A stretch of 38,862 nt of DNA from an uncultured bacterium (GTDB taxonomy: Bacteria > Myxococcota_A > Polyangia > Polyangiales > Houyiibacteriaceae): positions 1-38,862 of the forward strand of contig CALJYC010000267.1 of NCBI GenBank assembly GCA_937984275.1. Reading direction: 5' to 3'. The notes below the pieces were generated by a model. It saw only the letters and a program-made list of their open reading frames with translations, was not told where the DNA came from and searched no databases. Positions 8,959-18,069 of this stretch are shown here, piece by piece. The number at the start of each line of letters is the position of its first letter. Positions within the stretch are counted from its first letter, which is position 1. The translations under genes were made by a program, and so were the position numbers.

Positions 8959-11382
8959 TCACTCTGCGGCTTCGACTGAGCCTTCGAGCGGCTCGAAGCG
9001 AACGCCTTGTGCGTCGCCCACCGCGAGAATGCGGTCGCCGCGCTCAAAGTCCCCACCTAGGATCGCTGCGGCCAACGGCGCCTCGACCATGCGCCCGATC
9101 ATGCGTCGCATCGGACGCGCGCCGAGTTCGGCATCGTATCCACCGAGCGCGACGAGTGAATCGATGGCGCTGGCATCGACGCTGAGCTCGACCCCTTGTC
9201 GCTCGCGGAGCTGCTGGACCACGCCGGCAATCATGCGATGCGCGATCTCGCCGACCTCGTCCCGACTGAGCGGCCCGAAGAACAGTGGCTCATCGATACG
9301 GTTCCAAAGCTCGGGCGGAAGCGCACGCCTGGCAGCCGCCAAGGCGGCGGAGAACCCCTCGTCCGATCCGGCCGAGGCGCCCTGGAAGCCTATCGAGGTC
9401 TGGCTGCGACTCGATTGCTGCGCGCCTAGGTTCGAGGTCATGACGACGATCGTATTCGTGCAATCGACGGTCCGGCCCTTCCCGTCGGTCAGGCGGCCGT
9501 CTTCAAGGAGCGGCAAGAGCGACTGGAGCACGTCCATGTGGGCCTTTTCGATCTCGTCGAGCAAGACGAGCTGGTAGGGCCGATGACGAATCGCTTCGGT
9601 GAGAACCCCGCCGGTGTCGTGACCGATGTAGCCCGGAGGGGCACCGACCAGCTTGGCCACTGCATGGGACTCACTCAGCTCGCTCATATCGATGCGAGTC
9701 ATCGGGCATCCCATGAAGAAGAGCTCGTTCAGTGCGCGGGCGGTTTCGGTCTTGCCGACGCCCGTCGGGCCGAGGAACAAGAACGTCGCGAGCGGACGCT
9801 GTCCATGAAACCCCGCTGCGCCTTTGCGAAGCGCATCTGCGACCCGTGTCATGACGCCGACGTGACCTACCACGTGCTCGGCCAGGTGCTGCTCGAGCTC
9901 GAGGAGCTTCTGCGAGTCGGTCACCAAGAGCCGCTCGACCGGGACGCGCACTTTTTCGGCGACGACCTGCGCTACGGCTTCGCGGTCGACCACAGCTCCG
10001 CCCCGCCGACGCGTTCGCGCACCGGCCAAATCGAGAAGACCGATCGCTTTGTCGGGAAGCGTCTGCTCGGGCATGTACCGCACGGAGAGCTCAACCGCGG
10101 ACTCGACGGCCGACGGCTCGTACGCGATGGCGTGGTGGACCTCGTAGCGCGGCGCAATGCCACGAAGAATCTCGATCGCGTCTTCGGCGGTTGGCTCGGC
10201 GACGTGAATTGGTGAGAACCGGCGAGCCAGGGCAGCGTCTCGTTCCACGTACTTGCGGTACTCCACCTCGGTGGTCGCGCCGATGCAAGGGAGCTCTCCC
10301 CGCGCAAGCGACGCCTTGAGCTCGTGCGCGAGATCGTCCGGTGACTCCCCTCCGATGAAAAGGGTGTGCACCTCATCGATGAACAGCACGATCTTGCCGT
10401 TGGCACGTTTCACCTCGAACTGGAGCCGGCGCATCCGCTCCGAGAGCGCGCCGCGCACACCGGTGCCGGACACCAGTCCGCCAGCGGAAAGCTCGACGAG
10501 GATGGTGCCTTCGAGACCGCGCACGCCTTCGCCGCCTTGCGCCAACCTTCGCGCGAGACCTTCGGCGATCGCGGTCTTGCCCACGCCAGGTGGGCCCACG
10601 AGAATGGGGTTGTTCGAGCGCCTGCGAGCCAACACATCGAGGAGCCGTTCGATTTCGTCGTCTCGGCCGATGACCTCGTCGATACGCCCCAACGAAGCCA
10701 TCTCGGTGAGGTTCCTGCCGAGCTTGGCCAGCGTTGGGTACTTGCCCGCATCGAGGCTGAATGGCGACGACGACGGAACGATCAGCTCTTCTTCCAACGC
10801 TTCGACGGGAGCCTCGAACGACCCCTCGAGCATGGGTTCCTCATCGGGCTTCTCGATGCGAAGCTCGATCAGCGGCGCGGGCTCAGCCGCTCTACGCGCG
10901 GATGGGCGCGAAGGCTTCACCTCTGGTTGGGCCGGGAACGATGCCGCTGGCCTGATGTGCGTGGAGGTTGGCGCGGCGTGTGCGTCTTCTGGTTGAAGCA
11001 CGTTCTGCACGGCTTCTTGCACACGCCGGGAGCCGGCGCCGATCACTTCGAGGCTTCGGTGCCCAGCGCTCCGCGAGTCGCGTGCAATCGCAAGCAGAAG
11101 GTGCGCCGGCAGCACTTGCGCAGCTCCGGTCGCTTTGGCGAGCCGGTACGCCCGCTCCACCGCACGTTCGAGCGCGCTCGTCGGCTCCACGTCTACGACG
11201 CGAATCGCACTCAGCAGATCGCTCTCCTTTACTCCGAGCTCGGACAGGAGCCTCCCCATCGGTCCCCCGGTCTGCAGCATGACGAGAAGCAGATAGGCCG
11301 TGGACGGGCTCTGCGCGCGCCTCTGCGCCTCGCGCTGCGCGCGCGCGACCAGTCCTTTGACACCCCCACCGACCGTCGTCAT
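8959..11382 (-). CDS. ClpA/ClpC-type ATP-dependent Clp protease ATP-binding subunit (two AAA+ domains, no coiled-coil M domain)
   Basis: Clp N-domain repeats; Walker A motifs GPPGVGKT and GPTGVGKT; Walker B motifs FIDEVH and LLDEIEKAH; pore loop PPGYIG; ClpP-docking IGF loop; GARPMRR. Confidence 0.92.
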   Translation of the reverse strand: MTTVGGGVKGLVARAQREAQRRAQSPSTAYLLLVMLQTGGPMGRLLSELGVKESDLLSAIRVVDVEPTSALERAVERAYRLAKATGAAQVLPAHLLLAIARDSRSAGHRSLEVIGAGSRRVQEAVQNVLQPEDAHAAPTSTHIRPAASFPAQPEVKPSRPSARRAAEPAPLIELRIEKPDEEPMLEGSFEAPVEALEEELIVPSSSPFSLDAGKYPTLAKLGRNLTEMASLGRIDEVIGRDDEIERLLDVLARRRSNNPILVGPPGVGKTAIAEGLARRLAQGGEGVRGLEGTILVELSAGGLVSGTGVRGALSERMRRLQFEVKRANGKIVLFIDEVHTLFIGGESPDDLAHELKASLARGELPCIGATTEVEYRKYVERDAALARRFSPIHVAEPTAEDAIEILRGIAPRYEVHHAIAYEPSAVESAVELSVRYMPEQTLPDKAIGLLDLAGARTRRRGGAVVDREAVAQVVAEKVRVPVERLLVTDSQKLLELEQHLAEHVVGHVGVMTRVADALRKGAAGFHGQRPLATFLFLGPTGVGKTETARALNELFFMGCPMTRIDMSELSESHAVAKLVGAPPGYIGHDTGGVLTEAIRHRPYQLVLLDEIEKAHMDVLQSLLPLLEDGRLTDGKGRTVDCTNTIVVMTSNLGAQQSSRSQTSIGFQGASAGSDEGFSAALAAARRALPPELWNRIDEPLFFGPLSRDEVGEIAHRMIAGVVQQLRERQGVELSVDASAIDSLVALGGYDAELGARPMRRMIGRMVEAPLAAAILGGDFERGDRILAVGDAQGVRFEPLEGSVEAAE

Positions 11383-11551
11383 CGAGCTCCGTTCCTGCGT
11401 CGGAGTTAGCGGTCACCGCCTTGGGGCACAACTTTTTGGCGGACCCTCAAACGAAGGGAGGGGAAAATCCTACATTTGACTACCTTATCACCCTGTCACT
11501 GTAAAGTTCCAGTTGCTAACTTGACTCTGGACCGCAACCCAGGAGCAAGCT

Positions 11552-12088
11552 GTGAATCCACGTCTCGCACTCGTCGCAACCGTTTTGGCCGCCGTCGTTT
11601 CAGCCGCCACCCCGTGGCAGGATGCCGAAGCCGCCACCGGCCTCAAGGCGCGGATCTATCTCACACAAAAGGGCGTTCCGCGCTCGCTTTCCGAGTCAGG
11701 GGTCATCCGCTTCGCCCAATCGAACAAGGCGACCCGGCTTCGCGAAACCACCGATGCACCGGTCGAGGACCGCCAGTGGAGAGCCACCCTCGTGGCGAAC
11801 TTCAACGCGCCCGTGGGCGACTCCGAGTTCGAGGTCCTGTTCTATGACATTCAGACCGCCGAACGGAAGTTCATCGCGCCGACGATGACCGTCTTCGTCA
11901 ACGACCGGAATCAGCGCACGATCGTGCACAAGCTTCGGCTCAATCGCCCTCAGTTCGAGCCCAACCGGAGGCTCGAGATGGTGGTAACCGTGCGCCGGCA
12001 AGAGGTCGGTCGTTACCGCTTTCAAATTCTCGGGGACAGGGTACAACACAGCGGCGAAGTCACCTTCTCGGATGACGAAGCCCGCTGA
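11552..12088 (+). CDS. Exported hypothetical protein (beta-rich)
   Basis: N-terminal signal peptide ending ..DAEA and GC-typical codon usage. Ends 3 nt before holA. Confidence 0.7.
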   Translation: MNPRLALVATVLAAVVSAATPWQDAEAATGLKARIYLTQKGVPRSLSESGVIRFAQSNKATRLRETTDAPVEDRQWRATLVANFNAPVGDSEFEVLFYDIQTAERKFIAPTMTVFVNDRNQRTIVHKLRLNRPQFEPNRRLEMVVTVRRQEVGRYRFQILGDRVQHSGEVTFSDDEAR

Positions 12089-12091
12089 GTA

Positions 12092-13093
12092 GTGCCAAGC
12101 CTCAATGACGTCACCAAGAGGGCCTCGAAGGGCTCGCTCGACCCGGTCTACGTTCTGGTCGGAACGGAGCGCCTGCTCATCGAGCGCGTGGTCGACGCCG
12201 TGCGCAAAGCGGTCGACTCGATGGGTGTGCCCGGCTTCAACGTCGAGGTGTTCGATGGCAAAGGCCTCGACGCGGCGCGCGTGATCTCGGCGGCACGGAC
12301 GCTTCCCATGATGGCGGACACCCGCCTCGTGTTGTTGCGTCACGTCGATGCGATGACACCGACTGAGCAGACGAATCTCGTGGAATACCTGGACGATCCG
12401 AGCGACTCCACGTGTTTTCTCGCCACAGCAACCAAGCTCGACGGGCGCGCCAAGCTGGCAAAAGCAGCAAAGAAAAAGGGCTATCTCATCGAGGCCAGGC
12501 CGCTTCGCGGTGGAGAGCTGCGGGAGTTCATCCGCGCGGAGGCTACAGCGCGCGAGCACAACATTGCACCTCAAGCGATCGAAGCATTGCTCGACGCGGT
12601 GGGCGACGACCTCGCCGCGATCGACGACGCGATGGAACGGCTGTCCTTGTTCGTCGGCGCAGGTCAGCGCATCGACGCCGAGGCCGTGATGATGTGCGTG
12701 ACCCGCATTCGGGTGGAGTCGATTTGGAGCCTGGTGGACGCCATAGGGCTCAAGGATCGCCGCAAAGGCATCGCCGCTGCACAGTCGCTTCTCGACGATC
12801 GCGAGCCACCGCTGCGCCTGCTCGCCATGGTGGCCCGACAGCTACGGATCGTCGCCCGCATGCGCGAGGCGCTGTCCGAGGGCCTCCGCCCCCAGGAGGC
12901 GGCGAAGCGCGCGGGCGCCCCACCCTTCAAAGCTGGCGACCTCACCGAGTCGGCTCGGCGGTTCACCGCGGATAGCCTCGGACAGGCATTCACGCTGATC
13001 GCAGAAACCGACCGCGCACTCAAGGGCAGCAAACGCCCGCCGGACGTCATCCTGCAGGACGCAGTGCTCGAGCTCTGCGCGGACCCTCGCTGA
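12092..13093 (+). CDS. holA: DNA polymerase III subunit delta
   Basis: PVYVLVGTERLL, ARTLPMMADTRLV and ADRxLKGS-like (TDRALKGS) motifs. Convergent with rpsT, a common gene arrangement. Confidence 0.92.
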   Translation: MPSLNDVTKRASKGSLDPVYVLVGTERLLIERVVDAVRKAVDSMGVPGFNVEVFDGKGLDAARVISAARTLPMMADTRLVLLRHVDAMTPTEQTNLVEYLDDPSDSTCFLATATKLDGRAKLAKAAKKKGYLIEARPLRGGELREFIRAEATAREHNIAPQAIEALLDAVGDDLAAIDDAMERLSLFVGAGQRIDAEAVMMCVTRIRVESIWSLVDAIGLKDRRKGIAAAQSLLDDREPPLRLLAMVARQLRIVARMREALSEGLRPQEAAKRAGAPPFKAGDLTESARRFTADSLGQAFTLIAETDRALKGSKRPPDVILQDAVLELCADPR

Positions 13094-13110
13094 CGCGGCC
13101 TTTGGGGGCC

Positions 13111-13377
13111 TCAGCCCTGAAGCGCGTTGACTTGGTGGGTCAGCCTGGAGATGTAACGCGATCCGGTCCTACGATGGAAGATGCCCTTCGACACCGCGCC
13201 ATCGATACGGCTCTCGGCCTCGATGAGCGCCTTCTTCGCGGCGTTGGCGTCCCCGGCCTCAATCGCGGCGCGCACGCGCTTCACACACGTACGCACGTAG
13301 GTGCGGATTTGCCGGTTGCGCGCGGTTCGCTTGACGGTCTGACGGACTCGCTTTTTTGCTGAAGCGTGGTTGGCCAC
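13111..13377 (-). CDS. rpsT: 30S ribosomal protein S20
   Basis: MANHASAKKRVRQ...SKGIFH. GTG start with a GGAGG SD (complement at 13386-13390). Confidence 0.97.
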   Translation of the reverse strand: MANHASAKKRVRQTVKRTARNRQIRTYVRTCVKRVRAAIEAGDANAAKKALIEAESRIDGAVSKGIFHRRTGSRYISRLTHQVNALQG

Positions 13378-13404
13378 TCTGATATCCTCCCCGTAGGGAC
13401 GCGG

Positions 13405-13433
13405 GTGGTAGCCCTGCCAGGCAAGGCTGTCAA
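13405..13433 (-). promoter_or_regulatory. Sigma70-type promoter of rpsT
   Basis: Minus strand reads TTGACA-N17-TACCAC. Confidence 0.7.
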
Positions 13434-13483
13434 GCCGGTGAGAAGAACCTTGCGAGCCCCGCTCCTAACAGGCATACACGCTC

Positions 13484-16066
13484 GTGTCCCGACGCCAACA
13501 AACCTTGAATTGGCTTGCAAAGCTCGTCACCGAGCGCCGGAAGCTCGTGGTCTGGGTCTCGGTTCTGGTCACCCTCGCGTTCGCGACCCAGATCCCCAAG
13601 CTGACCGCTGATCCAGCCCCGGAAAGCCTTCTTTCCTCCTTCGAAGGCGAGGAATACGCGCTGATCCAGCAGCGATTCCAGGAGTGGTTCGGCAAGCGGC
13701 GCGAGGCGGTCCTCATCCTGGTCGAGGCGGACGACGTCCTATCCCGGGAGACACTCCAGCAGGTCCACGATCTATCGCTCTACTTCGCCGACAAGCCCTG
13801 GGTCGCGAAGGTCGCGGGCATCACCACGCTCAACATCCCGCGGCGGGTCAAAGCGGCCACCGACGAGGGCGATCTCGACGACCTCGATGACCTGGACGGC
13901 CTCGAAGAGGTTGGCGGCCTGGAGGACGAAGGCGATCTGGATGATCTAGACGACCTGGACGATCTGGATTCCCTCGACGAAGAGGAGGACCTGGCGGACG
14001 CCCAGGGGGATCTCGAGGACGACGCATTCAACGCCCTCCTCGACATCATCGAAAGCGATCCCGATCGCTTCCCAGGCGGTATCGCCAAGCTGGGTCCCGC
14101 GCTTTCCTCGGAGCTCCAAACCGACCCGATCGTGGAAGGCACCGAGGTCACCGACGAGGAAGCGGCCGAGCTCGCCACGGCGATCGCGGGCAACCCGCTG
14201 CTCGTGGGCCGGCTGATCGACGAAGACCACACCGTCGCCGGCGTCGCCCTTCAGCTGCCCGAGCTCGGCCCGCGCGAGATGCGCAAGGCGATGGACGAGC
14301 TCCGCGAGGGGCTGGAGCGACCCGAGTTCGAGGATATCCAGCTGCACGTCGGCGGCTTGCCTTATCTGCGCAGCGTCATCGTCAGCAAGATGCGGGAGGA
14401 CAATCTAAGGCTGATTCCGCTGACCCTGGTGGTGTGCTTGGCCCTTCTGATGTTGTCGTTCCGCTGGGTGCCTGGGGTCCTACTGCCCTTTGGCGCGGTC
14501 GCCATCACCGCTGTGGTGACAGTTGGCGGCATGGCACTCGTCGGCGAGCCCATGAACATCCTCAACAATGTCATCGTGCCGCTACTGATCATCATCGGAA
14601 TCAGCGATGCCACGCATTTAATTCAAAGGTATCGTGACGAAGTACACGCCGATGACAACCCAGACCGTCGGGCTGCCGGGCGTCGGACGGTGCGCGCGAT
14701 CGCCGTGGCCTGTATGCTCACCTCGGCAACGACGGCAGTCGGCCTCGCATCTCTCGTCGTCTCGAAAACGGTGATGCTGCGCCACTTCGGGCTCACCTCC
14801 GGCCTTGGCGTGATGGTCTCCTACGTCGTCATCATCACGTTCGTCCCCGCGATTCTCACCTGGGTCACGCCGCCCAAGCGCGAAGAGGTTCGGCGGGAGC
14901 GCACCAGCATGTTTACCAACGTGACGAGCAGCCTGGTCGCGAAACTGCTCCGATGGCGATGGGCCGTGCTCGGTGCAACTGCGGTGTTCACCGTCGGCGC
15001 GGGCTATGTGGCCAGCCAAATCACGGTCGATCATGCCCTGCTCGACCAGTTCGACGAAACCGACCCGGTCTACACCACGACGCTCTTAATCGAAGAGAAG
15101 CTCGCCGGCGTCCGGCCGCTCGAGCTCGTGCTGGTCAGCACGGAAGAAGACCACTTCATGGACCCCGAGATGGTGCAAACCATCCAGAGAATCCGCAATT
15201 GGGCAGCCCTTCGCCCCGAGATCATCCGCACCTTGAGCTACGGCGACATGCTGCGCGAATCGTACGCACTCCTCGCCGACGACCCCAGTGTGAGGTCCGA
15301 GAACTTCAAGAGCGCCAAGCAGGTCAAAGGGCTCGTCACCATGATGAGCCAGCGCAAACCCAGCCCGCTGTCCGACTGGCTCACCGAGGACGGTAAGAAG
15401 GCGCGCGTTCAATTCAAGCTGCGAGACGTGGGCGCACAAGCGACGATGCGGTTCCTCGACATCCTCGAAGGGGTCATTCAGTCCGAAGTCGGAGATGACG
15501 ACACGGTGTCCGTCTCGTTCACGGGAGAGGCCTACACCGGCTCGCGCGGGCAAGCGGCGGTCGTGAACGACCTGCTTGGGAGCCTGCTCGTCGCTGTCGT
15601 GGTGATCTTTCTGCTCCTGGCCTTCTTCTTCCGAAGCATCCGGCTCGGCCTGTTGAGCATCCCACCGAACTTGATCCCTTTGGTCGCGACGATGGCCTAC
15701 ATGGTGTGGCGTGAGATCCCGCTCAACGTATCGACGGTCATCATCTTTTCGATCAGCCTCGGCCTCGCGGTCAACGGCACCATTCACGTGCTCGCGCGTT
15801 TCCGCGAGGAGATGCACACGGGGATCGGGCGGGAAGCCGCGTTGGTTCGCGCCGCGCGCGGCACTGGTCGAGCGATCGTGATCTCGTGCGTGACTCTGAT
15901 GGCCGGATTCAGTGTGCTGGGGCTGAGCTCGTTCGTCCCGGTTCGGAACTTCGGAGAGCTGATCGCAGTGACGATCGGCGGCTGCCTCGTCGCAACCTTG
16001 ATCGTGCTCCCCCCCCTGCTTCGGGTCGGCGGTGGGAACGCTGGGGTTCGCGACTCGGACGACTAG
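13484..16066 (+). CDS. MMPL/RND-family transporter with an acidic low-complexity insertion
   Basis: Two repeats of TM1, a periplasmic loop and 5 TMs. Motifs IIGISDATH, LTSATTAVG, GLAVNGTIH and TGRAIVISCVTL. Confidence 0.9.
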   Translation: MSRRQQTLNWLAKLVTERRKLVVWVSVLVTLAFATQIPKLTADPAPESLLSSFEGEEYALIQQRFQEWFGKRREAVLILVEADDVLSRETLQQVHDLSLYFADKPWVAKVAGITTLNIPRRVKAATDEGDLDDLDDLDGLEEVGGLEDEGDLDDLDDLDDLDSLDEEEDLADAQGDLEDDAFNALLDIIESDPDRFPGGIAKLGPALSSELQTDPIVEGTEVTDEEAAELATAIAGNPLLVGRLIDEDHTVAGVALQLPELGPREMRKAMDELREGLERPEFEDIQLHVGGLPYLRSVIVSKMREDNLRLIPLTLVVCLALLMLSFRWVPGVLLPFGAVAITAVVTVGGMALVGEPMNILNNVIVPLLIIIGISDATHLIQRYRDEVHADDNPDRRAAGRRTVRAIAVACMLTSATTAVGLASLVVSKTVMLRHFGLTSGLGVMVSYVVIITFVPAILTWVTPPKREEVRRERTSMFTNVTSSLVAKLLRWRWAVLGATAVFTVGAGYVASQITVDHALLDQFDETDPVYTTTLLIEEKLAGVRPLELVLVSTEEDHFMDPEMVQTIQRIRNWAALRPEIIRTLSYGDMLRESYALLADDPSVRSENFKSAKQVKGLVTMMSQRKPSPLSDWLTEDGKKARVQFKLRDVGAQATMRFLDILEGVIQSEVGDDDTVSVSFTGEAYTGSRGQAAVVNDLLGSLLVAVVVIFLLLAFFFRSIRLGLLSIPPNLIPLVATMAYMVWREIPLNVSTVIIFSISLGLAVNGTIHVLARFREEMHTGIGREAALVRAARGTGRAIVISCVTLMAGFSVLGLSSFVPVRNFGELIAVTIGGCLVATLIVLPPLLRVGGGNAGVRDSDD
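13862..14023 (+). repeat. Intragenic (LDD)n acidic tandem repeat; the unit DEGDLDDLDDLD occurs twice
   Basis: 31 of 54 residues are D/E with no K/R. Built from 9-nt units with synonymous variation. Confidence 0.9.
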
Positions 16067-17094
16067 CGCCCCATCCGCTCGATGAGGGCAGAAGCGAACT
16101 CTTCCGTTCCGAGGTTTCCCCCCAGGTCCCTCGTCTTCTGATCATCGGACAGCGCTCGATTGTAGGCCTCGCGAACCCGAGTGGCGGCGACACGGCAACT
16201 CTCGTCTGCCCGCGTATCGGCGATGTGATTCAGCATCATCACCCCCGACATGAGGAGGGCCAACGGGTTCGCGACGCCCTTGCCTGCGATGTCGGGCGCC
16301 GAACCATGCACCGCTTCGAACACCGCGTAGTCGTTTCCGATGTTCGCCCCGGGAATGACGCCGAGGCCGCCGACGAAGCCCGCACAAAGATCGCTGAGCA
16401 CGTCACCATAGAGATTTTCGAGTAACAGCACGTCGAACTGCGTTGGGTCCTGCACGAGCTTCATGCACCCCGCATCGATGATGACCTCCTCGTAGTCGAC
16501 GTCCGTGAAGCCCTCGCCTTCCCAGACCGCGCGCGCACAGCGGATGAACATCCCGTCGGTCATCTTCATGATGTTGGCTTTGTGCATCACGGTGACCTTC
16601 TTGCGCCCACGGTCTCGGGCGTATTGAAAGGCCGCCTGGGCGATGCGCGTGGAGGCCGTCTCCGTCGCGACCTTGAGGCTCGTCACGACACCCTTGGTCA
16701 CCTCGTTTTCGATGCCGCTGTAAAGCCCTTCGGTGTTCTCCCGAATCACGACCAAATCGACGTTTTCGTACCGCGTGCGAATGCCGGGTAGGTTGCGAAC
16801 CGGACGAACTGCGGCGTAGAGGTCGAGCCGCTTGCGCAGCTGCACGTTGACCGAAGTGAAGCCTTCACCCACCGGCGTCGTGCAGGGCCCCTTGAGAGCG
16901 ATGCCCCGCTCGCGAACCGCGTCGAGGGTCTGCTCCGGGAGCACCTCACCCAGCGTCTGCAGCGCAGCGATGCCGGCATGATGCTCCACCCATTCGACTG
17001 GCGCCTGGGCCGCTTCGAGGACACGAACCGTGGCGGCGGCGACCTCCGGGCCGATGCCGTCACCCGGGATGAGAACAATCTGATGCGTTGTCAT
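16063..17094 (-). CDS. Isocitrate/isopropylmalate dehydrogenase family protein, probably NAD-dependent isocitrate dehydrogenase
   Basis: IPGDGIGPE, SVNVQLRK (IDH-type S/N), RENTEGLY, HKANIMK, NLYGDVLSD and HGSAPDIAG (Asp-Ile, NAD-type). ATG at 17094 preceded by GGGAG. Confidence 0.88.
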   Translation of the reverse strand: MTTHQIVLIPGDGIGPEVAAATVRVLEAAQAPVEWVEHHAGIAALQTLGEVLPEQTLDAVRERGIALKGPCTTPVGEGFTSVNVQLRKRLDLYAAVRPVRNLPGIRTRYENVDLVVIRENTEGLYSGIENEVTKGVVTSLKVATETASTRIAQAAFQYARDRGRKKVTVMHKANIMKMTDGMFIRCARAVWEGEGFTDVDYEEVIIDAGCMKLVQDPTQFDVLLLENLYGDVLSDLCAGFVGGLGVIPGANIGNDYAVFEAVHGSAPDIAGKGVANPLALLMSGVMMLNHIADTRADESCRVAATRVREAYNRALSDDQKTRDLGGNLGTEEFASALIERMGR

Positions 17095-17157
17095 TTCGAT
17101 CTCCCGGCCCAAGCGTAGCTCTTGCCAACCGATCGCCAATGCGCTTCAAGAGGAAAC

Positions 17158-18018
17158 ATGACGGAAAATGACTCGGTCATGCGAGCGATGACCAATGATG
17201 GGGCTTTTCGTGTGGTCGCCGCAAGGACAACCGACACCGCACAGGCGGTGGTCGCCGCCCAGAATCTCTCTGGCCCGCTGGCTCACGACATGGCGGACCT
17301 GTTGACGACGGCCGTGCTCTACCGCGAGACGATGGCGCCGTCGCTGCGCGTGCAGTGCATCGTGCGCTTCGAAGACGAGGCCGGGCAGCTCGTCGCTGAC
17401 TCACATCCGGACGGCTGGACTCGCGGTCTGTTGCAGCCGGGCCCGGGTGACGCCCCACCCGACCTTCGTCAGACTCGTGCGACCCTTCAAATGATGCGGA
17501 CTCTCCCGAACTCCGATCTCCACCGCGGCGTGGTCGAGGTGCCCGAAAGCGGGAATCTTTCGGAAGCCTTCATGCGTTACATGCAGTTATCGGAGCAAAT
17601 CGTCTCGATGATTTCGTTGGGTTCGGCGGTCGAGGGCGACTGTCCCGCGGCTGGAGGCTTCGTCGTGCAGCTCCTGCCCGAAGCTGCCGAGGCCGATGCC
17701 GCCATGGACACCATGACCCGGCGCCTCGAAGATTTCGTGGAGATTCGCGAACGCCTGCAGAAGTTCGACGGCTCACCGTCTCAGCTGATCGAGCAGATCT
17801 TCGAAGGCATGCCGTTTACCTGGTTGGACAACAGCGACATCCGCTTTGGCTGTCAGTGCAGCGAGGTCCGAGTGATGACGACGCTCAGCGTCCTCGACCG
17901 CTCGGACATCCAAGAGCTCGTCGACGAGGGCGAGCCGCTGAGCATTGGCTGCGACTATTGCGGCGCCTCGTACAGCGTGGAAATCGCGCAGCTTCGAGGC
18001 CTGCTGCGATCGAGCTGA
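17158..18018 (+). CDS. hslO: Hsp33 redox-regulated chaperone
   Basis: YMQLSEQI, AAGGFVVQLLP and the Zn switch CQC...CDYC. AGAGGA SD before ATG 17158. Confidence 0.93.
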   Translation: MTENDSVMRAMTNDGAFRVVAARTTDTAQAVVAAQNLSGPLAHDMADLLTTAVLYRETMAPSLRVQCIVRFEDEAGQLVADSHPDGWTRGLLQPGPGDAPPDLRQTRATLQMMRTLPNSDLHRGVVEVPESGNLSEAFMRYMQLSEQIVSMISLGSAVEGDCPAAGGFVVQLLPEAAEADAAMDTMTRRLEDFVEIRERLQKFDGSPSQLIEQIFEGMPFTWLDNSDIRFGCQCSEVRVMTTLSVLDRSDIQELVDEGEPLSIGCDYCGASYSVEIAQLRGLLRSS

Positions 18019-18069
18019 TCGACCCTCCTTTCTTGCCGGGATCGGCACCTCGTGCGCATCCTTCCGCCG

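Noticed and set aside
11361-11370. GUGGGGG in the first codons of the Clp ATPase mRNA as a target of the sRNA CCCCCAC loop
   Set aside because: A 7-nt G-rich match is expected many times by chance at this GC content; it needs comparative target prediction.
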